A stretch of 38,766 bases of DNA from Microgenomates group bacterium RIFCSPHIGHO2_01_FULL_45_11 (GCA_001803465.1 MHDE01000005.1:17310-56075), one strand, 5' to 3'. Positions 8,460 through 18,096 are shown, counted from the first letter of the stretch. The notes: a model not told the origin generated them from the letters alone. Made by a program: numbers and translations.

Positions 8460-9608
8460 ATGGTCACCGCCCTTATTCTAATCAATTTTCTAGTCATTCT
8501 TTCATTTTTAGTTTTGATTCATGAACTGGCTCATTTTTTAGTCGCCCGCAAAGCCGGAGTCAAAGTTGAGGAATTTGGGCTGGGTCTCCCGCCCCGCGCC
8601 AAAATTCTCCTCAAAGATAAACTCGGCACCATCTATTCACTTAACTGGCTACCGATTGGTGGTTTTGTCCGGATGTCAGGTGAGGACGAAGCCGAAGACA
8701 TAAAGTCTCCCTCCTCGCCGCCCGCCGACAGACTCTATGCTAAATCCAAACGAGTTCGCCTGGCCATAATCGTAGCCGGCACCATCGCCAATTTCCTTGT
8801 CGGTGTCATTTTATTCGGTGGTCTCTACACTTATACTGGCATACCCGAACCATTGGGTTACGTCAAAGTCGACGAAGTCATTGCCGACACCCCGGCGATG
8901 ACAGCCGGTTTGCAAGCGGGCGACAAAATTATTGCGGCCGATGATACGAAATTCCCTACCGCCGATGCCTTTACCGATTTTGTCGGCAAAAACCGCGGTA
9001 GAAAAATAATCCTAACCATAGAACGCCATGCCACCAATAGACAGCTAGAAGTCTACGTCAGAAGCGAAACCGAAACTCCGCCAGGTCAAGGGCCGACCGG
9101 CATCTTTGTTACCGACACCCAAATTGTCAAACACCCCTGGTGGCAAATGCCCTTTCGCGGAATGGCAGAGGGCATAAAAATTTCCTTAAACTTTATAGTC
9201 GGCGTCGTCGTCGGGCTCGGTAATGCCCTCCGGAATTTACTTTTCGCCGGCACAGTACCCAAGGACATTGCCGGGCCAGTCGGCATTGGCTATCAGGCTG
9301 TAAAACATGATTTAATTACCCCCGGGCTGTTTTCGGTAAAAAACCTTCTTTTCACCGCCATAATTTCCTTAAATCTGGCCATCATCAACCTGTTACCTTT
9401 TCCCGCCCTCGACGGCGGTCGGGCCCTCTTAGTTATTTTGGAAAAACTTACCAGCCGCCGCCTCCGCCCGCAGCTAGAACACTGGCTCAATCTGGCCAGC
9501 CTCGGTCTGCTTCTGACCCTGTTTCTTTTAATATCGGCAAATGACATCGGAGTGATTGTTAACGACTCATCAGTTAGGGATTGGCTGAAAGCCATCTTCG
9601 GTCGCTAG
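8460..9608 (+). CDS. rseP: RIP (site-2) zinc metalloprotease, RseP family, with PDZ domain
   Basis: It carries the HELAHF zinc motif in the first TM segment, a PDZ-like central region (TPAMTAGLQAGDKIIA) and the C-terminal NLLPFPALDGGR motif. Confidence 0.9.
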   Translation: MVTALILINFLVILSFLVLIHELAHFLVARKAGVKVEEFGLGLPPRAKILLKDKLGTIYSLNWLPIGGFVRMSGEDEAEDIKSPSSPPADRLYAKSKRVRLAIIVAGTIANFLVGVILFGGLYTYTGIPEPLGYVKVDEVIADTPAMTAGLQAGDKIIAADDTKFPTADAFTDFVGKNRGRKIILTIERHATNRQLEVYVRSETETPPGQGPTGIFVTDTQIVKHPWWQMPFRGMAEGIKISLNFIVGVVVGLGNALRNLLFAGTVPKDIAGPVGIGYQAVKHDLITPGLFSVKNLLFTAIISLNLAIINLLPFPALDGGRALLVILEKLTSRRLRPQLEHWLNLASLGLLLTLFLLISANDIGVIVNDSSVRDWLKAIFGR

Positions 9609-10433
9609 CTTCTTCGGTTTAGTCATCGCCTGGAATTCGGTCAATGCCTCTTCCGCCCTACTGGCAATTTCCTTTGATGGACTCGCCGCCAGTGTTCGTA
9701 TGCCTGTGAGTAAGTTTTCCTCGTCGGTGTCGGTTAGAAGAATCGCTGGCATGTCTTCAAATGTTAGTTCAGTCACCGGCGCTGTGAAGGCAGCTGTCGA
9801 ACCGGCTAACTCCGCTTTGATACGCGCTTCAATCGCTTTGAACAATGCCTCCATCCGCTGCTCATGGAGTAAGTGTTTTTTAGTCTGCTGTTGGATTAGT
9901 AGTCGCGCCGCCGTGTCGATAAAAGCCAATTGCGATGTTAGTCCCTGATCGATTGCGGCCTGATTAGCCGTGAGGGCAAGCAGTCGGGACCGAAACGGGG
10001 TGTGTTCCGGCAAAGGATAGGCTTGAAGAATGGTGGGTATCTCCAAGATGAGGGAAGCCCGGAATTTATCCGAGTCTGGGAACTGACGCTGACGCCGATC
10101 AAAAAACATTTTACTCGTTAGTTTCAGACCGTACCGCCAATCGTGACGGGTCAGAAACGTCGAAAATATTGTCGACGGCAGAATAATTTGCGGGTGATGC
10201 TCGAGAAAGTCACGATAGGCAGTTACCCCTCGCTGACCAAAAATCACTCTAATGGTATTTTCCAGCCCTTCGGCCGTACCGGTGAGAGCTTGCACAAAAT
10301 ACAAATAGACATTGGTATGAAATTCCACCACCCGAGGGAGTAGGGGAGAGAAAGCTAAAAGAAAACTAAGCAAACCATGAGTTCGATATAGTTGAAGTAG
10401 GCGGTGCTTGGTAACACGCATGGTTAGAATCAT
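9570..10433 (-). CDS. Hypothetical protein (287 aa)
   Basis: This long ORF is convergent with rseP, and their 3' ends overlap by 39 nt. I recognise no motif. Confidence 0.5.
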   Translation of the reverse strand: MILTMRVTKHRLLQLYRTHGLLSFLLAFSPLLPRVVEFHTNVYLYFVQALTGTAEGLENTIRVIFGQRGVTAYRDFLEHHPQIILPSTIFSTFLTRHDWRYGLKLTSKMFFDRRQRQFPDSDKFRASLILEIPTILQAYPLPEHTPFRSRLLALTANQAAIDQGLTSQLAFIDTAARLLIQQQTKKHLLHEQRMEALFKAIEARIKAELAGSTAAFTAPVTELTFEDMPAILLTDTDEENLLTGIRTLAASPSKEIASRAEEALTEFQAMTKPKKLATEDGFQPIPN

Positions 10434-10598
10434 TCTAGCAGGCTCCTCCCCTTCTTACCATTATGCGTATTAAATATGTATTATTGCTTAAACAGGTCAG
10501 GTTTACAAGGCCGTATTCCCGTCCTTTTCGGCAGGCGGAGTTTGTAATAGAATAGGGTACGAAGTTCATCCTCAGTCGGTGAAGGAGAAATACCAACC

Positions 10599-11840
10599 AT
10601 GAAAATGACCAACTCGGCTATTATTCCTATCAGAAAGCCACCAAAAGGCGGCGAAACAGTTAACCATCGCCTCTTAGTTCAAGGCGGATTTGTCAGGCAA
10701 CTTATGGCCGGAGTCTATATTTACCTACCTTTAGGTTTACGGGTTTTGGACAAGATTCGTCAAGTCATCCGAGCAGAAATGAATACGATTGGAGGTCAAG
10801 AGATTCTGATGCCACTTTTGCATCCGGCTAAAAATTGGAAAACCACTGGTGGTTGGGACAATATCGATGTGCTGTTTAAGTTGAAAAGCCGCACCGGCAA
10901 AGACTTCGCTCTCGGCCAAAGTCACGAAGAGATCGTTACCCCTCTAGCCAAGGAACTAATTAGAAGTTACCGAGATCTTCCCCTGGCTTTATACCAAATT
11001 CATTGGAAGTTTCGAGACGAACTTCGTTCAAAATCTGGATTACTGCGGGGCCGTGAATTTGAAATGAAGGATCTATATAGTTTTCATGCTTCGCAACGAG
11101 ACTTCGAAAAGTTTTATAAAGAGGTCAAAAATGCTTACCTTAAAGCCTTCAAAAAAGTCGAACTGGAAGCCAAGGTTACCGAGGCTTCAGGGGGAGGTTT
11201 CTCAGAAAAAATTTCCTACGAGTTTATGGTGACTACCGACGCGGGCGAGGATGACATTCTTTACTGTGACGCTTGTGAATTTTGCATCAATTTGGAAATT
11301 GCCAAAGTCAAGGCTGGCAGCACTTGTCCTAAATGTACCCAAGGTAAGCTAAACAAAGCTAAAGCAGCCGAGGTGGGAAACATTTTTGACTTGGGACAGA
11401 AATACGTCAAAGACTTTGGCCTTGAGTATCGGGACGAACAGGGTAAAGCTCACTACCCGATTATGGGTTGTTACGGGTGGGGAACGACGCGGACTATGGC
11501 GGTTTTGGTAGAAAAATTTCACGACGATAAAGGCATAATTTGGCCAAAGTCTGTCTCCCCCTATCACGTCCATCTAATCGACATCAATCAAGGTCAACAG
11601 GGAGAATTAATTTACAACCGTTTGCAAAATGAAAATATCGAAGTTTTATGGGACGATCGGTCTAAAGCTGCCGGAGTAAAATTTGCTGACGCTGACCTCA
11701 TTGGTATACCCGTGAGGTTAATTGTCTCTGAAAAAACCAAAACTAACGTCGAATGGAAACGACGAATGGAAACAACTTCAGAAATTATCGACATTTCTTC
11801 TAGTATTGATAGAATTAAACAGCTTTACAACCAGCTTTAA
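10599..11840 (+). CDS. proS: Prolyl-tRNA synthetase, short form without INS editing domain
   Basis: Class II motifs are present (FRDELRSKSGLLRGREFEMKD, GCYGWGTTR), followed by a C-terminal anticodon-binding domain. A CxxC...CxxC mini-insertion sits where INS normally lies. Confidence 0.93.
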   Translation: MKMTNSAIIPIRKPPKGGETVNHRLLVQGGFVRQLMAGVYIYLPLGLRVLDKIRQVIRAEMNTIGGQEILMPLLHPAKNWKTTGGWDNIDVLFKLKSRTGKDFALGQSHEEIVTPLAKELIRSYRDLPLALYQIHWKFRDELRSKSGLLRGREFEMKDLYSFHASQRDFEKFYKEVKNAYLKAFKKVELEAKVTEASGGGFSEKISYEFMVTTDAGEDDILYCDACEFCINLEIAKVKAGSTCPKCTQGKLNKAKAAEVGNIFDLGQKYVKDFGLEYRDEQGKAHYPIMGCYGWGTTRTMAVLVEKFHDDKGIIWPKSVSPYHVHLIDINQGQQGELIYNRLQNENIEVLWDDRSKAAGVKFADADLIGIPVRLIVSEKTKTNVEWKRRMETTSEIIDISSSIDRIKQLYNQL

Positions 11841-11844
11841 TAAA

Positions 11845-12714
11845 ATGAATGATATATCAAAGAAAGTTATTACCACTCACCAAAATCCCGACCTTGATGC
11901 CATTGGTTCGATTTGGCTTTTACAGCGCTTTGATAAATCAAACTATGACAACTCATCGGTGACTTTTGTGCCGGCCGGTGAAAAGATTAGTCTCAAACAA
12001 CTTAAAGATCTCAAATTGGATATCACGCAAATCACCCACGTTGATACCGGCGGTAGTGAATTTGACGATCACGCCAATAACACAGGTAATTCTTCAGCCG
12101 TCTTAGTCTTTAATTATTTAAAGAGACAAAATCCTTCACTTGTCGAAGATAAGGCACTCGGAAAAGTAGTGGGGTTCATTGATAAAACCGATCACTTTGA
12201 GTCTTACTTTTGGCCGGAACCGACGCACGACCGTTACTACTTCATGCTCGAGCACATCCTTAACGGTTATAAATTAGGTGGTTATGGTGACGACCATGAC
12301 CTCGTCCGTTTAGGAATAACTTGTTTGGATGGAGCCTATACCATAATAAAAATCTACTTGGAAGCCGAAGAGGAAATAAAAAAAGGTACTATTTTTAACA
12401 CCAAACATGGTCAGGCTTTGGCAGTTGAATGCAGTAACGACGCGGTAATAAAACTTGCTCAAAAAATGGGATATACTATCGTGGTTCGCAAAGACCCGGA
12501 GTTAGGTAATCTTCGCATCAAAGCTGCCCCACTACCCCAAATCGATTTGACTCCGGTATGGGCTAAAATTCAAAAGTTAGACACTATCGGCAGTTGGTAT
12601 TTTCACCCCGGTAAGCATATGTTAATCAATGGCTCCAAAAAAAATACCGATCAAAAACCTTCACCCTTAACCTTAACTGAAGCTACAGAAATTATTAAAA
12701 CCACTCTGAAGTAA
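11845..12714 (+). CDS. DHH-family phosphoesterase-like protein
   Basis: Motifs seen are HQNPDLDAIGS (DHH motif I/II) and DTGGSEFDDH. The start is taken at ATG 11845, just after the proS stop; the ORF-track start at 11722 overlaps proS. Confidence 0.75.
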   Translation: MNDISKKVITTHQNPDLDAIGSIWLLQRFDKSNYDNSSVTFVPAGEKISLKQLKDLKLDITQITHVDTGGSEFDDHANNTGNSSAVLVFNYLKRQNPSLVEDKALGKVVGFIDKTDHFESYFWPEPTHDRYYFMLEHILNGYKLGGYGDDHDLVRLGITCLDGAYTIIKIYLEAEEEIKKGTIFNTKHGQALAVECSNDAVIKLAQKMGYTIVVRKDPELGNLRIKAAPLPQIDLTPVWAKIQKLDTIGSWYFHPGKHMLINGSKKNTDQKPSPLTLTEATEIIKTTLK

Positions 12715-12715
12715 C

Positions 12716-13123
12716 ATGAAACAATGCCCTTTTTGTCAAATCGTCAACAAACAAATACCTGCCCTTACGGTCTATGAAGACAGGGACTTTATGGCATTTT
12801 TGGATATTTACCCCAAGGTTTACGGTCACACCTTGGTTATTCCTAAAAAGCATTATCGTTGGGTTTATGATGTTAAACCTTATACTAAGTATTGGCAGCT
12901 GGCTCGCCAGATTGGCCTGGCAGCCTTACGAGCGTTTAATGCCAGGTGGATAAGCTTTATGACCGTTGGCGAGGAGGTACCCCACGCCCACATCCACGTT
13001 CTACCTAGAACCGAAGCCGATCATCAGCCCGCTGTTGTCAACTTTAGTAAAATAGTAAAGTTAAGCCGTAATCAACTAAAGGCAATCGCTATTAGATTGA
13101 AGCAAGAGATGGGAGGTGTATAG
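12716..13123 (+). CDS. HIT-family nucleotide hydrolase/transferase
   Basis: It has the histidine triad HAHIHVLPR and an N-terminal CPFC. Confidence 0.9.
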   Translation: MKQCPFCQIVNKQIPALTVYEDRDFMAFLDIYPKVYGHTLVIPKKHYRWVYDVKPYTKYWQLARQIGLAALRAFNARWISFMTVGEEVPHAHIHVLPRTEADHQPAVVNFSKIVKLSRNQLKAIAIRLKQEMGGV

Positions 13124-13125
13124 GC

Positions 13126-13323
13126 GTGTCCACCATCGTTAAAGCCAAAAAAGACGAACCAGTGGCTTCTATTATCCGTCGGTTCAAAAAAATTGTTGCC
13201 GCTGAACAAATCCTAAAAATAGCCAAAAAAAAAGAGTATTACATTAAACCTTCGCAACTACGCAAAGAAAAGAAAAAAGAAAACGAACGTCAGCGAGCCC
13301 GGGAAAGAGCCTTGCAACAGTGA
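13126..13323 (+). CDS. rpsU: 30S ribosomal protein S21
   Basis: It starts at GTG after the SD ggaggtg. The sequence is basic (..SIIRRFKKIV...YYIKPSQLRKEKKKE..). Confidence 0.9.
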   Translation: MSTIVKAKKDEPVASIIRRFKKIVAAEQILKIAKKKEYYIKPSQLRKEKKKENERQRARERALQQ

Positions 13324-13394
13324 GGTTCTGATTTAAGCACTCTCGGTTAATTTAGCTATATTCTGTGAAGGGCGGTGAGGGGAAAAGAATCCCT

Positions 13395-13796
13395 ATGGCC
13401 AAGGTTCTCATTCACGCCGACAGTAAATTTCCGGTAAATCGACGTCGGATTCGCCGAACCATCGAACGCGTTCTAACAGAAAAAGGAGCTATAGGTAATA
13501 TGGTGGTTTCAGTGGCGGTGGTTGGTGACAGGAAAATGAGTCTGCTCAATAAACACTATACTGGTTCTATTGGGACTACCGACGTTCTCTCATTTCCATA
13601 TACCGAAGACACCGGTAAGTTAACACCCAAAGGCTTTATTACTCCTAAGACAGAAGCTTTGCAGCTCGGCGATATCGTGGTTAGTTACCCCCAGGCAATT
13701 AAACAGGCAATCAAAGAAAACAAATTAGTTGACGACAAGATTGATTTTTTAGTCGAACACGGCCTCAACCACTTATTGGGTATCCACCACGACTAA
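13395..13796 (+). CDS. ybeY: rRNA maturation RNase YbeY
   Basis: The C-terminal zinc motif is HGLNHLLGIHH. The start is taken at ATG 13395, downstream of the SD ggtgagggg. Confidence 0.85.
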   Translation: MAKVLIHADSKFPVNRRRIRRTIERVLTEKGAIGNMVVSVAVVGDRKMSLLNKHYTGSIGTTDVLSFPYTEDTGKLTPKGFITPKTEALQLGDIVVSYPQAIKQAIKENKLVDDKIDFLVEHGLNHLLGIHHD

Positions 13797-13798
13797 TT

Positions 13799-13855
13799 AA
13801 TTCAAAATTAAAAATTGAAGATTCTCAGCTCGATTTAATTTTTAAATTTTGAATT
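13799..13855. repeat. AT-only inverted repeat (about 18-bp arms)
   Basis: The arms are aattcaaaattaaaaatt (13799-13816) and aatttttaaattttgaatt (13837-13855), with one bulge. It lies between ybeY and dnaX. Confidence 0.7.
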
Positions 13856-13877
13856 TTAACTTTTAAATTAAAGCCCT

Positions 13878-15401
13878 ATGTCCTTTTATCGTAAATACCG
13901 GCCGCAATTAGTTAGACAACTTGATTTAATTGTCATTCGCGAGAATTTTGAAAAAATTCTTTCTAGCGGCAGTTTTTCCCATGCCTATCTTTTTACCGGC
14001 CCGCGGGGTACCGGCAAAACCAGCGCGGCGCGCATTCTGGCCAAAATCGTTAACTGTCAAACAAACCAGATTTTTTTGAAAAAGAATCAGCCTCTCCAAG
14101 AACCTTGCGATAACTGTTCGCTGTGTCGTCGGATTAGCCAAGGCAGCAGTTTAGCGGTGATAGAGATGGATGCAGCCAGTAACCGAGGTATAGACGATAT
14201 CCGGTTGTTGCGCGATCGCATTGGTTTAGCGCCTGTTGAAGGCAGTCGCACCGTCTACATTATCGACGAAGTCCATATGTTGACAACCGAAGCCTTCAAC
14301 GCTCTTCTCAAAACATTAGAGGAACCGCCGCCCCACGTTGTCTTCGTTTTGTGTACTACTGAGACAGAAAAGATTCCTGGCACCATCACCTCACGCTGCG
14401 TTCACTTTTCATTTCCCAAGGCTACCACCGGTGAAGTAGTCGCTTCATTAGCTAAAGTTGTCAAAGCCGAAAAAATAGCCATCGATGTCAAAGCCCTTGA
14501 ATTACTGGCCGCTTCGGTTGATGGCAGTTTTCGCGACGGCATGAAATTATTGGAGCAGCTAAACCTAACCGGTGACAAGATTAGAGAAGCAGCAGTGCGT
14601 AAAATAGTCGATTATGAACAGCTCAACCAAGCCCGAGACCTCGTTGATCTGCTTCTATCAAGAAAGATTAATCCCGCCCTCAAACTCCTGGCCGATAGCG
14701 AAAGTGCCAACGCCGATCCCTTAAAATTAATTAAACAGCTGCTTAGTCTACTCCGTCAAAAACTTCTTACTGGTCTTCAACAAACACCAAAAAAATCTGA
14801 ATTAAAAGAAATTATTCAATTAATTGAATTACTAGAAAAAGCAGGCGTACAGGTAAAATCGTCACCAATAACTTTTCTTCCCCTCGAAGTAGCAGCAGCA
14901 GAATTTTGCTTGTCAAGTCAAGCAGTCGGTCATATTAAATCAAATCCTGAACCGGTGCCTCAGCCGACAGTAGTCATAAATCACTCTCAGCCCCTCCCCA
15001 AACCCAAATCTACACCTCAGTCCCAGGCTCCTAGCGGAATCAAACCGAAAACCTTTGCAGAGATTCAAAATCGCTGGCCAGCAGTTTTAGCTGCCGTCAA
15101 ACCCCATAACCACAGCCTCGAAGCTCTGCTCCGATCTAGTCGACCCCTGTCATTCGGTCACGGCACCATCACTTTAGAAGTCTTTTATCAATTCCACAAA
15201 GAACAGCTGGAACAGGAACGGTACCGCCGGACATTGGAGATGGTCGTCTCCGAGATTTTTGCCTCGCCTATAAAATTAAAATACATTTTAGGAGCAAAGC
15301 AATCATCGGCTTCGAAAGCACCAGAAAAGCCCAACGTTTCCGGTCGGGTAGAGGACGAAGAATTAGCTAAAGTCGCCGAAGAAATTTTCGGTTCAAATTA
15401 A
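13878..15401 (+). CDS. dnaX: DNA polymerase III gamma/tau subunit
   Basis: Motifs seen are the Walker A GPRGTGKTS, a zinc module CDNCSLC, Walker B YIIDEVHML and sensor motifs. Confidence 0.93.
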   Translation: MSFYRKYRPQLVRQLDLIVIRENFEKILSSGSFSHAYLFTGPRGTGKTSAARILAKIVNCQTNQIFLKKNQPLQEPCDNCSLCRRISQGSSLAVIEMDAASNRGIDDIRLLRDRIGLAPVEGSRTVYIIDEVHMLTTEAFNALLKTLEEPPPHVVFVLCTTETEKIPGTITSRCVHFSFPKATTGEVVASLAKVVKAEKIAIDVKALELLAASVDGSFRDGMKLLEQLNLTGDKIREAAVRKIVDYEQLNQARDLVDLLLSRKINPALKLLADSESANADPLKLIKQLLSLLRQKLLTGLQQTPKKSELKEIIQLIELLEKAGVQVKSSPITFLPLEVAAAEFCLSSQAVGHIKSNPEPVPQPTVVINHSQPLPKPKSTPQSQAPSGIKPKTFAEIQNRWPAVLAAVKPHNHSLEALLRSSRPLSFGHGTITLEVFYQFHKEQLEQERYRRTLEMVVSEIFASPIKLKYILGAKQSSASKAPEKPNVSGRVEDEELAKVAEEIFGSN

Positions 15402-15458
15402 CTCGCTGCTGGTATATAATAAGTCAGAAGTTACGAATCCTAGCTGAGGAGATGATCT

Positions 15459-15758
15459 ATGGCGTTTAATCCGCTCAAAGGTTTAGGCGATTTAAACAAA
15501 CTTCGCCAGCAAGCCATGCAGATTCAGCAACAGCTGGCAGCTGAAGAGATTGTTGTCGAAGAAGGCGACGTGCGTGTGGTTATCTCCGGTGACCAACGAA
15601 TTAAAGAATTTACAGTGCAGGGAATTACTTCAGAACAAGCCATCGCCGTCTTAAACAAAGCCATCAAACAATCCCAACAGCTGGCTGCCAAAAAACTCCA
15701 ACAGATGAGCATGGGGATGGGTGGCGGTACGCCCACCAGTCCTCCTCCAGGACAGTAG
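15459..15758 (+). CDS. ybaB: Nucleoid-associated protein YbaB/EbfC
   Basis: It sits in the conserved position after dnaX and has typical sequence (LRQQAMQIQQQL..VVISGDQRIKEF). Confidence 0.9.
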   Translation: MAFNPLKGLGDLNKLRQQAMQIQQQLAAEEIVVEEGDVRVVISGDQRIKEFTVQGITSEQAIAVLNKAIKQSQQLAAKKLQQMSMGMGGGTPTSPPPGQ

Positions 15759-15759
15759 A

Positions 15760-16254
15760 TCAATGGTCCAAAGTTCGGGCGCGAAGGAAAAGATAGGATT
15801 GCAGTTCTTGTTCGCTCGTTAGTCGACTATAACTTATACCGCCATTGCTCGTATGGAGAAACAGTCGAACTCTCGGCGGCAAGTCATTTGTTGTTTCCCC
15901 AAAATTTTTCCTAACAAAATCGCTCTCCGTCTCGCCCAAGTGCATCATTTGGTGAACCAGCTGTAGCCAGCGGTCACCTCCTACCAGTTTATGTCGATTC
16001 CAGGCATAGACAATGGTTCCCGGTTCGAGTTTTGATATTCGATCAATTTCCTGCGTCGGGCCAAACAACCCCAAATATCCCTCTGCCGATAAAAAAGCCT
16101 GCGGGGGTAATTCTTTCAAACCAAACAGTACGCCGGTAGCCAGTTGCATCAGCAGCTGACAATTGGCTTCAGCTGGCGGACGGCTTAAGTCAACTTCCTC
16201 TCTCGGTCCGGCGGCAAAAGAATAGGGGATTCCCAACAACTCACTTGGTTTCAT
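15760..16254 (-). CDS. Hypothetical protein, possibly NlpC/P60-like (Cys...His pattern)
   Basis: The 164-178 aa ORF has a weak pattern of ANCQLL...PGTIVYAW...HLGE...LHTSNGG. The start is taken at M15 (16254) to avoid overlap with glyA; 16296 is also possible. Confidence 0.45.
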   Translation of the reverse strand: MKPSELLGIPYSFAAGPREEVDLSRPPAEANCQLLMQLATGVLFGLKELPPQAFLSAEGYLGLFGPTQEIDRISKLEPGTIVYAWNRHKLVGGDRWLQLVHQMMHLGETESDFVRKNFGETTNDLPPRVRLFLHTSNGGISYSRLTSEQELQSYLFLRARTLDH

Positions 16255-16262
16255 GGGATCTT

Positions 16263-17519
16263 TCAGTAAGCTTTGGGAATGTGAAAGCGGCGACACAATT
16301 GACGGACTTCCTTGAGCACCTCGGCGGCGGTAAGCTTTTTTTTAAGAATGGTGACGATCAGTTCTCCGATTTTTTTCATTTCCTTTTCTTTCATGCCCCG
16401 ACTAGTGACTGCCGGTGTGCCCAAACGGATTCCCGAAGGATTGAACGGCGGATTAGGATCAAACGGCACGGTATTGTAATTTAAAACTATGCCTGCTTTT
16501 TCCAATAGAATCGCCGCGTCTTTGCCTTTAATATTCAGCGATCGCAAATCTGCCACCATCAGGTGATTATCCGTTCCTCCGGTTGTCAAGTTGACGCCGT
16601 TTATCATTAAAGTTTGAGCTAGCGCTTTGGCGTTTTTGACTATTTGTTGGCCGTATTTTTTAAATCGAGCCGTTGACGCTTCAGTTAAGGCCACGGCAAT
16701 CCCGGCAATGGTATTAATATGTGGACCGCCCTGCAGGCCTGGAAAGACCGCCTTATCAATCTTACTCGCCAAATCCTTATCTTTTTTTAGTCCCCGACTA
16801 GTCACTAAAATCATCGCCCCCCGAGGACCTCGTAAAGTTTTATGAGTCGTGGTCATGACTACGTGAGCGAAGGCAGTAGGGGAGGGGTGAACACCAGCGA
16901 TGATAAGTCCGGCAATATGCGATATGTCAGCCAAAAGATACGCTCCGACACTTCCAGCAATCTCTCCGAAGCGCTTAAAGTTAAGAACTCGGGGATAGGC
17001 GGTAGTACCGGCGACTAAAATTTTAGGTTTGTGTTTTTTGACAAACTTAGCCAACTGGTCGTAGTCAATCACGCCGTCTTTTCCCACTTCGTACTGAATC
17101 GATGTAAAAAACTTTCCCGAAAAGGTAATCTTGGGGTGACCATGGGTGAGATGCCCACCGGAAGATAAAGTCAAACCCATCACTACATCGCCGGAATTCA
17201 ATAAATTGAAGTAAACCGCGGCATTGGCCGGCGAGCCTGAATATGGCTGAACATTAACATGGGGTACGCCAAAGAGTTTCTTGGCGCGTTCAATCGCTAA
17301 CTGTTCTACCTGGTCGACAAAAGTTTGACCTTGATAATAGCGTTTTTGGGGATAGCCTTCGGCGTATTTATTACCCAAAGGTGAACCGACGGCCTCTTCC
17401 ACTGCTTGCGAGGCGTAGTTTTCGGAAGGGATAAGCATCAACGTCTGTTCTTGCCGCCTTCGTTCAGCGCTTATGAGTTTAGCAATGGCTCGGTCAGTTT
17501 GAGTTATATATTTCATCAT
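16263..17519 (-). CDS. glyA: Serine hydroxymethyltransferase
   Basis: Motifs seen are MIPSENY, GYPQKRYYQG and TTTHKTLRGPRG (PLP lysine). The start is MMKY at 17519, with the SD aaagga. Confidence 0.95.
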   Translation of the reverse strand: MMKYITQTDRAIAKLISAERRRQEQTLMLIPSENYASQAVEEAVGSPLGNKYAEGYPQKRYYQGQTFVDQVEQLAIERAKKLFGVPHVNVQPYSGSPANAAVYFNLLNSGDVVMGLTLSSGGHLTHGHPKITFSGKFFTSIQYEVGKDGVIDYDQLAKFVKKHKPKILVAGTTAYPRVLNFKRFGEIAGSVGAYLLADISHIAGLIIAGVHPSPTAFAHVVMTTTHKTLRGPRGAMILVTSRGLKKDKDLASKIDKAVFPGLQGGPHINTIAGIAVALTEASTARFKKYGQQIVKNAKALAQTLMINGVNLTTGGTDNHLMVADLRSLNIKGKDAAILLEKAGIVLNYNTVPFDPNPPFNPSGIRLGTPAVTSRGMKEKEMKKIGELIVTILKKKLTAAEVLKEVRQLCRRFHIPKAY

Positions 17520-17592
17520 CGATCCTTTCGGGAAAATAAAAAATAATCTAACTAAGTAAACCAAAGAGGAGCTGGTCAAATATTTAGTTAGA

Positions 17593-18096
17593 TCATAGAA
17601 GATTGTACTCTAAAAGCAGCGTATAGCGATTAAGATTTTTGACTTGGACTAACTCTAACCTACGCTCGGCAGCTTTGTCAAATAGTTTGATACCTTTACC
17701 AAAAAGCATTGGCTCAACCGTCAAATATAATTTATTCACCACTCCCGCTTCCATAAACATAGTATAAATTTGACTGCCGCCGCAGACAGCCACTTCCGAA
17801 TACCTTTCCTTTTCTAGCTGTCGAATCAACTCTTCAGGCGGCAACGACGAGGTCCTTATCACCCTGGAGATCGGAATTTTTTCTGGATGGCGGGTGTAGA
17901 CAATGTTTAACCGGTCCGGTAGTGGTTTACGAAATGTGGCAAAGGTTTTTGACCCCACTACTATCACACCAGCTTTTTTAGTTCGCTCTTGGAAAAACTC
18001 TTTATCTTCTTTACTGGTCCAGTTAATCGACGGCTCGTTCGAATTTCTGGCAATAAAGCCGTCTGCGGATTGAGCGGCAATGATAAATACGTTCAT
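17593..18096 (-). CDS. folA: Dihydrofolate reductase family protein (RibD_C/DHFR-like)
   Basis: The pattern is MNVFIIAAQSADGFIA...VIVVGSKTFATF..PLPDRLNIVYTR. It is divergently adjacent to thyA. Confidence 0.7.
   Translation of the reverse strand: MNVFIIAAQSADGFIARNSNEPSINWTSKEDKEFFQERTKKAGVIVVGSKTFATFRKPLPDRLNIVYTRHPEKIPISRVIRTSSLPPEELIRQLEKERYSEVAVCGGSQIYTMFMEAGVVNKLYLTVEPMLFGKGIKLFDKAAERRLELVQVKNLNRYTLLLEYNLL

Noticed and set aside
10434-10598. T-box or leader-peptide control upstream of proS (and likewise upstream of cysS, 23785-23873)
   Set aside because: I could find no T-box consensus (AATTAGGGTGGTACCGCG-like). The only small ORF upstream of proS has two scattered Pro codons and no alternative-hairpin architecture. 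The cysS spacer is word-repeat sequence.
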